Below are positions 17,398 through 25,346 of a DNA stretch of 64,000 nucleotides, piece by piece. The stretch covers positions 6,174 to 70,173 of the forward strand of contig JAFVVO010000012.1 in the NCBI GenBank assembly GCA_017502165.1, read 5' to 3'. The position numbers and the translations under genes are program-made. The first letter of the stretch is position 1. The number at the start of each line of letters is the position of its first letter. The notes beneath the pieces were generated by a model. The model worked only from the letters and a program-made list of their open reading frames with translations, made no database searches and was not told the origin of the DNA. The DNA is from Clostridia bacterium. GTDB lineage: Bacteria; Bacillota; Clostridia; Christensenellales; QALW01.

Positions 17398-17520
17398 CTA
17401 AATATTATTCTAAATGGCAATTTTGAACCCGTTTTTCTATCCATTATTTCGTTTATCAAAATTTTTGTTGCAGAAAATGTTGCAAAATTGCCTGCGAAAT
17501 GGTGTCGAGTGGTTGTGGGG

Positions 17521-18822
17521 TTACGGCTTCGCCATTCGAATAGTATGCTCGGTTTGTTCTGTTTTTACCAGCCCAAGTTTATCGCAAATATGAAGTAATT
17601 CCTTGCTTGATACAGGAACATCAGTATAAGCTTCTTTTTCACTTATTGATAGAACATACTCAAGAAGACGAGTGCCAAAACCATTACGTTGATACTGTCC
17701 TTCAATATAAAGATTATCTATGTGTCCGTTATGTACTGTAACGATTCCAACTTCTTTGCCAAAAGATATGCTATACAGTTTCCCTCCGCTTGAAACGACT
17801 TTGTTAATTCTTTCTGCAATGATATTTTCTTCCGTGATATATCTTGCCTCGTTTTCTTCTCGGGACAAACTGTAATCAAATCTTCCATAACGATTTGCAT
17901 ATCGGCAGATATGCTCAACTTGTTCGGTAGTGCCTGAAAACTCTTTGCATATAATTTGGTTTCCTATAGCAGCCACAATCTGCGAGTCGGGATTTGACCA
18001 AGGTTTATTAATTCCCCAGAAGATTGAATTGTTGGTGTTTGTATTTAAACCTGAGAGCAGATCTTTGCGATTACACATCACTTTGTAATTTCTGCGCTTG
18101 AAATAAAACATATTGCTTTCGCAGGTAAAGATGGAACTTATCTTTTGTCCTTGATGTATCAATGCGTCTTTCAACGACAGCAAATCTGCATCATTCGGAA
18201 CGGTGTCATAAATACCGTCAAACAAACGGAAACAAGCCCAATAATCCTTAACTTCCGGTACAATACATGATGTCCAACTTGCATAACAATTCACCAATTG
18301 CATCAACACATATTTCCCGTCAAAATTATGAAAATCTTCTTCAGAAATCGATTTAGATTCTTGTTCTGTATATGTTTTTCCTACTGTCTGCAACTGAACA
18401 GCAATGATATCTCCATCATCAAAAATCCGTTCCGTGTGTACATTCGGCTTGATTTTCTTCCTTGACGGCTGCGGTGATAATAGTTTTTCTTTGAACTCGG
18501 CAAGTTTCTTTTTTCGGGAATCCAAAGTTTTCTGACCGGCTTCTGCCCACAACTCCAAACCGAATCCGCTATCAATCAGTTCAATAGCTTTATTGCGTAT
18601 CGAATCTGTCAATATGCCTTTCTTCCACATAAAATCAGCGAGCGAATAAATATAGTTGCACCATTCTTCTTCGTCTGATTCATCAAACATTTCTGTCCTA
18701 ATATATTTATCAATCCGCTTTAACGCTTCTTCTACATCAAACTTGTAAAAGGCGGCTGTGTATTCAATATATAAATCTTTTGCAGTATCATTTCCTGTGA
18801 TACTGGTATTCCAAATTCCCAT
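17521..18822 (-). CDS. multidomain protein: DUF4259-like N-terminus + unknown middle + short C-terminal GNAT acetyltransferase domain
   Basis: 433 aa. The N-terminus MGIWNTSITGNDTAKDLY resembles the DUF4259 start (MGAWG..FDND.A.D). The C-terminus has GNAT motif A, QYQRNGFGTRLLEYVL. Confidence 0.6.
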   Translation of the reverse strand: MGIWNTSITGNDTAKDLYIEYTAAFYKFDVEEALKRIDKYIRTEMFDESDEEEWCNYIYSLADFMWKKGILTDSIRNKAIELIDSGFGLELWAEAGQKTLDSRKKKLAEFKEKLLSPQPSRKKIKPNVHTERIFDDGDIIAVQLQTVGKTYTEQESKSISEEDFHNFDGKYVLMQLVNCYASWTSCIVPEVKDYWACFRLFDGIYDTVPNDADLLSLKDALIHQGQKISSIFTCESNMFYFKRRNYKVMCNRKDLLSGLNTNTNNSIFWGINKPWSNPDSQIVAAIGNQIICKEFSGTTEQVEHICRYANRYGRFDYSLSREENEARYITEENIIAERINKVVSSGGKLYSISFGKEVGIVTVHNGHIDNLYIEGQYQRNGFGTRLLEYVLSISEKEAYTDVPVSSKELLHICDKLGLVKTEQTEHTIRMAKP

Positions 18823-18853
18823 ACGTTACCTCCTATTTACTTAAAAGCCACTT

Positions 18854-18993
18854 GCAACTATTCCTTTTGCAATTTTTACATTGCGTGTTGCAAAAGTGTT
18901 GCAGAAGCATTTTTATCAAAACATAAAATGCCCGAAAGCCCTGTATTTCCAAGGGTTTTCGGGCACTTGTTAGCCAATAGGTATTATTCCCAT
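18854..18993 (-). repeat. repeat copy C (R1) fused to the live guaA 3' end
   Basis: It contains the last guaA codons, the terminator hairpin and the GTTGCAAAAGTGTTGCAG motif (18887-18904), and ends just before the RBS of the GNAT-fusion gene. Confidence 0.75.
18930..18964 (-). terminator. guaA rho-independent terminator
   Basis: GCCCGAAAACCCTTGGAAATACAGGGCTTTCGGGC on the minus strand, followed by ATTTTATGTTTT. Confidence 0.7.
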
Positions 18994-19964
18994 TCAATCG
19001 TTCCAACGGGTTTAGGCGTAAGGTCTAAAAGCACACGGTTGATGCCCTCTACCTCGCTGGTAATACGGTTGGTAATGGTGTGAAGAAGCTCATAAGGAAT
19101 TTCCTCAATAGTAGCGGTCATAGCGTCGGTAGTATTGACAGCGCGGATAATTGCAGGCCAGCCTTCATAACGCTTAGAATCGCGCACGCCTACGCTCTTA
19201 AAGTCGGGAACTGCAATAAAGTACTGCCAAACCTTAGTGTTAAGACCGTTTTTGTCAAATTCTTCACGAAGAATTGCATCAGCCTCACGAAGCGCCTCAA
19301 GTCTGTCACGGGTAATTGCGCCAAGGCAACGAACGCCAAGACCGGGACCGGGGAAAGGCTGACGGTCAACCATTGAAGCAGGAAGACCTAACGCTTTACC
19401 AACTACGCGAACTTCGTCTTTATAAAGAAGCTTAACGGGTTCAACAAGCTCAAACTGCATATCTTCAGGAAGACCGCCAACGTTATGGTGAGCTTTAACA
19501 CCGTCGCTCTCTAAAATATCAGGATAAATGGTGCCTTGTGCAAGGAAAGAAATACCTTCAAGCTTGCTTGCTTCCTCATCAAACACCTTAATAAATTCGC
19601 CACCGATAATCTTGCGCTTCTTTTCGGGTTCTGCCACGTCTTTAAGAAGGTCAAGGAAACGGTCAGTAGCGTCAATATAAATAAGATTTGCGTCAAGCTG
19701 GTTTCTGAAAACCTCGATTACCTGCTCACTTTCGCCCTTACGCATAAGACCGTGGTTAACGTGAACGCATACAAGCTGTTTTCCGATTGCCTTAATAAGC
19801 AATGCCGCAACAACAGAAGAATCAACACCGCCTGAAAGAGCAAGTAAAACCTTTTTATCTCCAACCTGAGATCTGACCTCGTTAATCTGTTCATCAATAA
19901 ATTTATCGGCAAGCTCTTTTGTTGTGATTCTTACCATTTCTTCAGGGCGCCTAACCAAATCCAT
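18984..19964 (-). CDS. guaA: GMP synthase, ATP-pyrophosphatase + dimerisation domains only (GuaA subunit-B-like; no GATase domain)
   Basis: 326 aa, collinear with E. coli GuaA from about residue 200 to the end ([13 protein letters not shown]-loop, KAHHNVGGLP, PFPGPGLGVR, ...TIEWE*). It has its own RBS and promoter, and a terminator lies upstream. Confidence 0.85.
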   Translation of the reverse strand: MDLVRRPEEMVRITTKELADKFIDEQINEVRSQVGDKKVLLALSGGVDSSVVAALLIKAIGKQLVCVHVNHGLMRKGESEQVIEVFRNQLDANLIYIDATDRFLDLLKDVAEPEKKRKIIGGEFIKVFDEEASKLEGISFLAQGTIYPDILESDGVKAHHNVGGLPEDMQFELVEPVKLLYKDEVRVVGKALGLPASMVDRQPFPGPGLGVRCLGAITRDRLEALREADAILREEFDKNGLNTKVWQYFIAVPDFKSVGVRDSKRYEGWPAIIRAVNTTDAMTATIEEIPYELLHTITNRITSEVEGINRVLLDLTPKPVGTIEWE

Positions 19965-20004
19965 AATATTTCCTCCGTAATTTTATTTGTTTTTGATGAC
20001 AATT

Positions 20005-20033
20005 ATTATACACGAATTTCTTTTTTTACGCAA
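20005..20033 (-). promoter_or_regulatory. sigma-A promoter of guaA
   Basis: On the minus strand TTGCGT (20028-20033), 17 nt, TATAAT (20005-20010). The leader is ~40 nt and has no purine-riboswitch-like sequence. Confidence 0.5.
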
Positions 20034-20090
20034 TTATTTATAGAACATTTTTTGATATTTTTTTGTAAAAATTCTATTTAGAAACTAAAA

Positions 20091-20113
20091 ACGGACAGTC
20101 CGAGACTGTCCGT
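20091..20113 (-). terminator. terminator after the rhamnose-mutarotase-like gene
   Basis: ACGGACAGTC-CGA-GACTGTCCGT followed by a T-run on the minus strand. Confidence 0.7.
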
Positions 20114-20116
20114 TTT

Positions 20117-20434
20117 TTAATCTAATCTGAAAACCTCTTCAAGCTTGGGCTGTGCGCCTGTTTCGGGGTCCATTTCCATAATCATAACGTCCTTCATATA
20201 CTCGTTCCACTTGTCAACGATAGGACTGTCTGCCTGAGTTTTTGCGGCAAAATCGACACCCTTTTCGCACTCATAATATCCGAACAATTCGTTACCAACG
20301 TTCCAGATACTGTAATTGCAAATACCTGCTTCCTTCAATAAATCTACAAGCTCAGGCCAAATTTCGTCGTGTCTGCGAACGTACTCAGCCTTGCAGCCCT
20401 CTTTAATTACTGCCTTCCAAGCGTATCTTTCCAT
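20117..20434 (-). CDS. rhaM: L-rhamnose mutarotase family protein
   Basis: 105 aa with a RhaM/YiiL-like sequence (YAWKAVIKEGCKAEYVRRHDEIWPEL...NYSIW). Confidence 0.75.
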   Translation of the reverse strand: MERYAWKAVIKEGCKAEYVRRHDEIWPELVDLLKEAGICNYSIWNVGNELFGYYECEKGVDFAAKTQADSPIVDKWNEYMKDVMIMEMDPETGAQPKLEEVFRLD

Positions 20435-20449
20435 AATAACAAATCTCCT

Positions 20450-20704
20450 TTATTTATTTTCTTCATAGGCCTTGCGAACTGCCTGAGAAAGCTGGTCCGA
20501 ACAGCTTGTTCCCTTAAATCCGCAGGTTATGCCTTTAAGCTTTTTTTCAATATCCTCTACCGTCATTCCCTCAACGAGTGAAGAAATAGCCTTAAGATTT
20601 CCGTTGCAACCGCCTGTAAACTTAACGTTTGAAACAACGTTTTCGTCAATATCGAATTCAATTACCGAAGAGCAAGTGCCGCGTGTTCTGTAACTGTATC
20701 TCAT
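20450..20704 (-). CDS. TSCPD-domain small protein (TIGR03905-like)
   Basis: 84 aa with a four-Cys pattern (GTCSS...GGCNGN...CGFKGTSC). Confidence 0.7.
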   Translation of the reverse strand: MRYSYRTRGTCSSVIEFDIDENVVSNVKFTGGCNGNLKAISSLVEGMTVEDIEKKLKGITCGFKGTSCSDQLSQAVRKAYEENK

Positions 20705-20714
20705 AATAAGCTCC

Positions 20715-21722
20715 TTATAAAATGGTTATACCGTTCTCACGGCAGATTTTTTTGGTTTCCTCATCCCAAACTGAAACTTGCACCTGACCAATATGTGCTT
20801 TTTGAAGGATAAGCATACAAAGCCTTGACTGACCGATACCACCGCCGATTGTAAGAGGAAGCTCTCCCGCAAGAAGCATTCTGTGGAATGGCATTACTCT
20901 GCGGTAATTACAGTCAGTTTTATTAAGCTGCTCGTCTAAGGATTTTTCGTCAACGCGAATACCCATTGAAGAGATTTCAAGAGCGCAGCCCATAACCTCA
21001 TTCCAAATAAGAATATCACCGTTAAGCTTCCAATCGTCGTAGTCGGGCGCTCTTCCGTCGTGAGGAACACCGGAAGCAAGCTTATCGCCTATCTGCATCA
21101 AGAACACCGTGCCAAATTCCTTAGTTATGGCATTTTCTCTCTCTTTTGCATTTTTATCAGGATACAAATCTTCAAGCTCCGGAGTAGTTATAAACTTAAC
21201 GTCTCTCGTAATGCTGACGTCAATGGTCGGAAACTCCTTCTTAATCATTTCCGCGCAATCAACAATAACGTTTACAATATCGCGAACAACCTGCTCAAGA
21301 TATTCCCTATTTCTATCCCCGCGGGTAATAACCTTTTCCCAGTCCCACTGATCAACGTAAATTGAGTGGAAGTTATCAAGGTCTTCATCTCTGCGGATAG
21401 CATTCATATCTGTATAAAGGCCGCAGCCCTCAGAAAACTTATACTCATGCAAAGCCATACGCTTCCATTTAGCAAGCGAATGAACAACCTGCACCGATTT
21501 TCCCGTAGCCTTAACGTCAAAGGAAACTGCTCTCTCAACACCGCTTAAATCGTCATTCAAGCCCGTTTCAGGCTGAACGAAAAGAGGTGCCGTCACACGC
21601 TTTAAGTTAAGCTTTGCGGCAAGAGCCTGCTGAAATTTTTGTTTTAATAAGCCTATAGCAAGCTGAGTCTGATAAATATCCAGCTTCTCAACGTATTTTT
21701 CAGGCAAAATTACTTTATTCAT
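20715..21722 (-). CDS. asnA: aspartate--ammonia ligase (asparagine synthetase A)
   Basis: 335 aa from ATG 21722 (AGAGGT RBS), with AsnA-like sequence throughout (LDIYQTQLAIGLLKQKF..., RVTAPLFV). Confidence 0.9.
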   Translation of the reverse strand: MNKVILPEKYVEKLDIYQTQLAIGLLKQKFQQALAAKLNLKRVTAPLFVQPETGLNDDLSGVERAVSFDVKATGKSVQVVHSLAKWKRMALHEYKFSEGCGLYTDMNAIRRDEDLDNFHSIYVDQWDWEKVITRGDRNREYLEQVVRDIVNVIVDCAEMIKKEFPTIDVSITRDVKFITTPELEDLYPDKNAKERENAITKEFGTVFLMQIGDKLASGVPHDGRAPDYDDWKLNGDILIWNEVMGCALEISSMGIRVDEKSLDEQLNKTDCNYRRVMPFHRMLLAGELPLTIGGGIGQSRLCMLILQKAHIGQVQVSVWDEETKKICRENGITIL

Positions 21723-21757
21723 CAAAAGTACCTCTAAAGGAGTATTTACATTTTAAG

Positions 21758-21798
21758 AGTATAACATTTAACAACAAAAAAGTCAACGTATATTGACA
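21758..21798 (-). promoter_or_regulatory. asnA promoter with an overlapping palindrome
   Basis: On the minus strand TTGACT (21781-21786), 17 nt, TATACT (21758-21763). The inverted repeat GTCAA-CGTATA-TTGAC (21783-21798) covers the -35. Confidence 0.45.
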
Positions 21799-21883
21799 AA
21801 TTGCAGAAACTTTTATTCATTTTTTACTTTGTATATTTTTGCAAAAAACATAATATTTTTCCACGAATTTTCTCACTTTTTAC

Positions 21884-21912
21884 TCGACAAACACTGTTAA
21901 CTATGCTATACT
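21884..21912 (+). promoter_or_regulatory. candidate sigma-A promoter of the plus-strand aryl-acid operon
   Basis: TCGACA (21884-21889), 17 nt, TATACT (21907-21912), ~58 nt before ATG 21970. Confidence 0.45.
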
Positions 21913-21969
21913 TTAATTTATATTATATATTACGTAATTACATTGCACTTTTTGAAAGGAAACCAAAAA

Positions 21970-23613
21970 ATGCCTATTACAGATTTTTTAGAGAGAAACG
22001 CTAAAATTTATCCCAACGACACTGCTATCGTGGAAATCAATCCCGAAAAACAGCCTAACAAGGATATGACCTGGCGTGAATTCAATCTTATTGAAACGGC
22101 TTCTCAATCCGACAAATACCGCAGAGAGATTTCTTGGCGAGAATTCGATATTAAAGCCAACCGTTTTGCCAACCTGCTTTTCACCCGTGGCATTAAAAAG
22201 GGTGATAAGGTCGCAATTCTCTTAATGAACTGCCTTGAGTGGCTTCCCATCTACTTTGGCGTATTAAAAACAGGCGCCTTGGTCGTTCCCATGAACTACC
22301 GCTATTCTGCCGATGAAATCAAATACTGTCTCGATCTTGCCGACGTTCGTATGCTTGTTTTCGGCCCCGAATTTATTGAAAGAATAAACTCCATTTCCGA
22401 TGAAATTCCCGCCGTTGACAACTTATTCTTCGTTGGCGAAAAGGAAGATACACCTTGCTATGCCGACAACTATGCGGAGATGACCTATTACTGCTCAACA
22501 ACTGTTCCCCCCGTTGAGTTAAAGGATTCCGACGATGCCGCCATCTATTTTTCTTCCGGCACAACGGGCTTTCCAAAGGCAATTCTGCACTGTCACGAAG
22601 CCTTGGTTTCCTCCTGTAAAACCGAGCAGAATCACCACTCGCAAACTAAAGACGACGTTTTCCTTTGCATTCCTCCCCTTTATCACACGGGCGCAAAAAT
22701 GCATTGGTTCGGCTCTCTTTTAACCGGCGGAAAATCCGTTTTACTTCGCGGTGTTAAGCCCGAATGGGTTTTGCAGACCGTTTCCGACGAAAAAGCGACT
22801 ATCGTTTGGCTCTTAGTTCCCTGGGTGCAGGACATTTTGGACAGCATCGACCGCGGTGAACTTAAATTAGACGAATTCACCCTTTCCCAATGGCGCTTAA
22901 TGCACGTGGGAGCACAGCCCGTTCCCCCATCCTTGATTATGCGTTGGAAGGAGCAATTCCCTTCTCACGATTACGACACCAACTACGGCTTATCCGAATC
23001 CATCGGCCCCGGTTGCGTGCACCTTGGCGTTGAGAATATTCACAAGGTTGGCGCCATCGGTAAAGCAGGCTACCTTTGGGAAACAAAAATCGTTGACGAA
23101 AACTGCGTTCCCGTTAAAGACGGTGAGGTTGGCGAGCTTGCCGTTAAAGGCGCAGGCGTTATGAAATGCTATTATAAAAACCCCAAGGCAACCGACGAAA
23201 TTCTTAAAGACGGCTGGCTCTTAACGGGAGATATGGCAAAGGTCGATTCGGACGGCTTCATTTACCTTGTTGACCGCAAAAAAGACGTTATCATCAGCGG
23301 CGGTGAAAACCTCTATCCCGTACAGATTGAAGACCATCTCCGCGCATTTAACAAAATTAAGGACGTGGCAGTAATCGGTCTTCCCGATAAGCGTCTGGGC
23401 GAAATAGCCGCGGCAATTATTGAAATTAAGGAAGGCTTTACCTGCACAGAGGACGAAATCAACGAATTTTGTCTTACACTCCCCAAATATAAGCGTCCCA
23501 AGAAAATTATCTTTGCTTCCGTTCCCCGTAACCCCACGGGCAAAATCGAAAAACCCCGCCTGAGAGAAATGTACTGCGGCAGAAGTCTTGTTGAAGCTCA
23601 GATTAAAAGCTGA
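21970..23613 (+). CDS. AMP-forming acyl-CoA synthetase/ligase
   Basis: 547 aa from ATG 21970 (AAAGGA RBS) with the AMP-binding motifs YFSSGTTGFPKAI, YGLSE and GWLLTGDMA. Confidence 0.8.
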   Translation: MPITDFLERNAKIYPNDTAIVEINPEKQPNKDMTWREFNLIETASQSDKYRREISWREFDIKANRFANLLFTRGIKKGDKVAILLMNCLEWLPIYFGVLKTGALVVPMNYRYSADEIKYCLDLADVRMLVFGPEFIERINSISDEIPAVDNLFFVGEKEDTPCYADNYAEMTYYCSTTVPPVELKDSDDAAIYFSSGTTGFPKAILHCHEALVSSCKTEQNHHSQTKDDVFLCIPPLYHTGAKMHWFGSLLTGGKSVLLRGVKPEWVLQTVSDEKATIVWLLVPWVQDILDSIDRGELKLDEFTLSQWRLMHVGAQPVPPSLIMRWKEQFPSHDYDTNYGLSESIGPGCVHLGVENIHKVGAIGKAGYLWETKIVDENCVPVKDGEVGELAVKGAGVMKCYYKNPKATDEILKDGWLLTGDMAKVDSDGFIYLVDRKKDVIISGGENLYPVQIEDHLRAFNKIKDVAVIGLPDKRLGEIAAAIIEIKEGFTCTEDEINEFCLTLPKYKRPKKIIFASVPRNPTGKIEKPRLREMYCGRSLVEAQIKS

Positions 23614-23761
23614 TTGCTCCGTTTTTGATTTTTTGCTCTCAGCAAGGACGCTTCATAGATTATTTTCACTTCATCAAACAGAATTATAAACACTTCTTAA
23701 TTCACTACGCAAATCACTTTGTAATCAACTACACTATACACTTTTTACAGAGGTAACAATT

Positions 23762-25327
23762 ATGGAAGGTACTATTTTTACAGCAGCTTTAGTTATTTGC
23801 TTTTTTGCCCTTATGATAGGTGTAGGTCTGTACTGCCGTAAGCACGCAACAAATGTTGACGGCTTCGTTCTTGGCGGTCGCTCCGTTGGTCCCTGGCTTA
23901 CCGCCTTTGCATACGGCACGTCTTACTTCTCTGCCGTTATTTTCGTAGGCTACGCAGGTCAGTTCGGCTGGAACTTCGGCATTGCATCAACCTGGATAGG
24001 CTTAGGCAACGCATTTATCGGCTCGCTTTTGGCGTGGGTAATTCTCGGCAGACGCACCCGCGTTATGACACAGCACCTTAACTCAAAAACTATGCCTGAC
24101 TTTTTTCAGAAGCGCTTTAACTCCTCTGCCCTTAAAATAGCCGCTTCCGTAATAGTTTTCGTGTTTCTCATCCCCTACACCGCATCACTTTATAACGGTC
24201 TTTCAAGCCTGTTTGGTATCGCCTTTGACGTTCCCTATTACGTTTGCATCATCGTTATGGCACTTTTAACCGGTCTTTACGTTATCTTCGGCGGATATAT
24301 GGCAACCGCAATCAACGATTTCATTCAAGGCGCTATAATGCTTGTGGGAATCGTTGCCGTAATAGTGGCAACCCTGAACGTAAACGGTGGCTTTACCGAA
24401 TCCATTGAGCTTTTGGCAACAAGCCGGAACGGCGGATGGGAATATACCTCCTTCTTCGGTCCCACCCCAATGTTTCTTATTACGGTAGTGCTTCTTACCT
24501 CTCTTGGCACTTGGGGACTTCCTCAGATGGTAGGTAAATTCTACGCCATTTCCAACGAAAACGCCATTCGCAAGGGCACCCTTATTTCAACTATATTTGC
24601 CATCATCGTTGCAGGCGGATGTTACTTCCTCAGCGGCTTCGGAAGAATCTTCGTTTCGCCTGAGCAGGTTGCCGAAAAGGGCTTTGACGTTATTGTGCCT
24701 CAAATGCTTTCAAACCTTTCCCCATACATTGTAGGAATAGTAATAGTTCTGGTGCTTTCCGCATCAATGTCAACACTTTCCTCTCTGGTTCTTACTTCTT
24801 CCTCTACCCTTTTCCTTGACGTTATTATTCCTGCTATGAAGAAAGAGCCTACAGAAAAGAGAAAGCTTACTATTATGCAGATTTTCATCGTATTCTTTAT
24901 CGTGCTTTCTGCCTTAATAGCAATTTTGAAGGATTCAATTTGGTCCGACTTCGTATTTATCGCACAGATGATGGGCGTCTCCTGGGGTGCTTTGGCAGGC
25001 TCCTTCCTTGCTCCCTTCCTCTACGGCTTATACTGGAAGAAAACAACCCGTCCTGCCGTGTGGGCATCCTTTGCCTTCGGTGTAGGAATAATGGTAATTC
25101 AGCTGTTAGTTTCACTTAAGGTGTTTACCTTTACCGACTTGATTTTAGGCACTATATTCAAGAACTCATTGTATTCCGGTGTGTTTGCTATGGTAGGCGG
25201 ACTTATTATTGTTCCCATTGTCAGCCTGCTTACTAAAAAGCACTCTCCCGAAAACGTTGACGATATGTTTGCTTGCTACGACGCACAAACAGTAGTTCCC
25301 GCAAGCAAATCCTTAACCGAAAAATAA
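23762..25327 (+). CDS. sodium:solute symporter family transporter
   Basis: 521 aa with ~13 TM helices and SSF-type organisation (PutP/PanF-like). Confidence 0.8.
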   Translation: MEGTIFTAALVICFFALMIGVGLYCRKHATNVDGFVLGGRSVGPWLTAFAYGTSYFSAVIFVGYAGQFGWNFGIASTWIGLGNAFIGSLLAWVILGRRTRVMTQHLNSKTMPDFFQKRFNSSALKIAASVIVFVFLIPYTASLYNGLSSLFGIAFDVPYYVCIIVMALLTGLYVIFGGYMATAINDFIQGAIMLVGIVAVIVATLNVNGGFTESIELLATSRNGGWEYTSFFGPTPMFLITVVLLTSLGTWGLPQMVGKFYAISNENAIRKGTLISTIFAIIVAGGCYFLSGFGRIFVSPEQVAEKGFDVIVPQMLSNLSPYIVGIVIVLVLSASMSTLSSLVLTSSSTLFLDVIIPAMKKEPTEKRKLTIMQIFIVFFIVLSALIAILKDSIWSDFVFIAQMMGVSWGALAGSFLAPFLYGLYWKKTTRPAVWASFAFGVGIMVIQLLVSLKVFTFTDLILGTIFKNSLYSGVFAMVGGLIIVPIVSLLTKKHSPENVDDMFACYDAQTVVPASKSLTEK

Positions 25328-25346
25328 TTTTACAGGTGGTAAAAAT

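Larger units (their letters stand above)
17224..17520 (-). repeat. inter-cassette repeat copy B (R1 + guaA relic + R2)
   Basis: 17224-17362 is roughly 85% identical (hand alignment) to 18854-18993. 17385-17520 matches copy A R2. Confidence 0.75.
14461..18993 (-). mobile_element. tandem array of two integrase-less cassettes inserted at the guaA 3' end (putative, decayed or cis-mobilisable)
   Basis: Three copies of a composite repeat (A, B, C) bracket a 2.4-kb ABC/LytTR operon and a 1.3-kb GNAT-fusion gene. The repeats carry guaA 3' relics and the guaA terminator. Confidence 0.45.

Noticed and set aside
17257-17598. A 113-aa plus-strand ORF spans repeat B. Its translation (FEPVFLSIISFIKIFVAENVAKLPAKWCRVVVG) looks conserved with a frame in repeat A (FEPSFLLNFSFINFFVAESVAKSVVGWCRVPV).
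   Set aside because: The similarity follows from 77% ungapped nucleotide identity. Substitutions fall about equally on codon positions 1, 2 and 3. There is no RBS, the start is non-ATG, and the ORF runs antisense into the GNAT-fusion gene. I treat it as non-coding repeat sequence.
19965-20116. I looked for a purine riboswitch or T-box leader upstream of guaA, and similarly upstream of asnA.
   Set aside because: The predicted leader from the TATAAT box to the start codon is only ~40 nt. It contains no conserved riboswitch core sequences.
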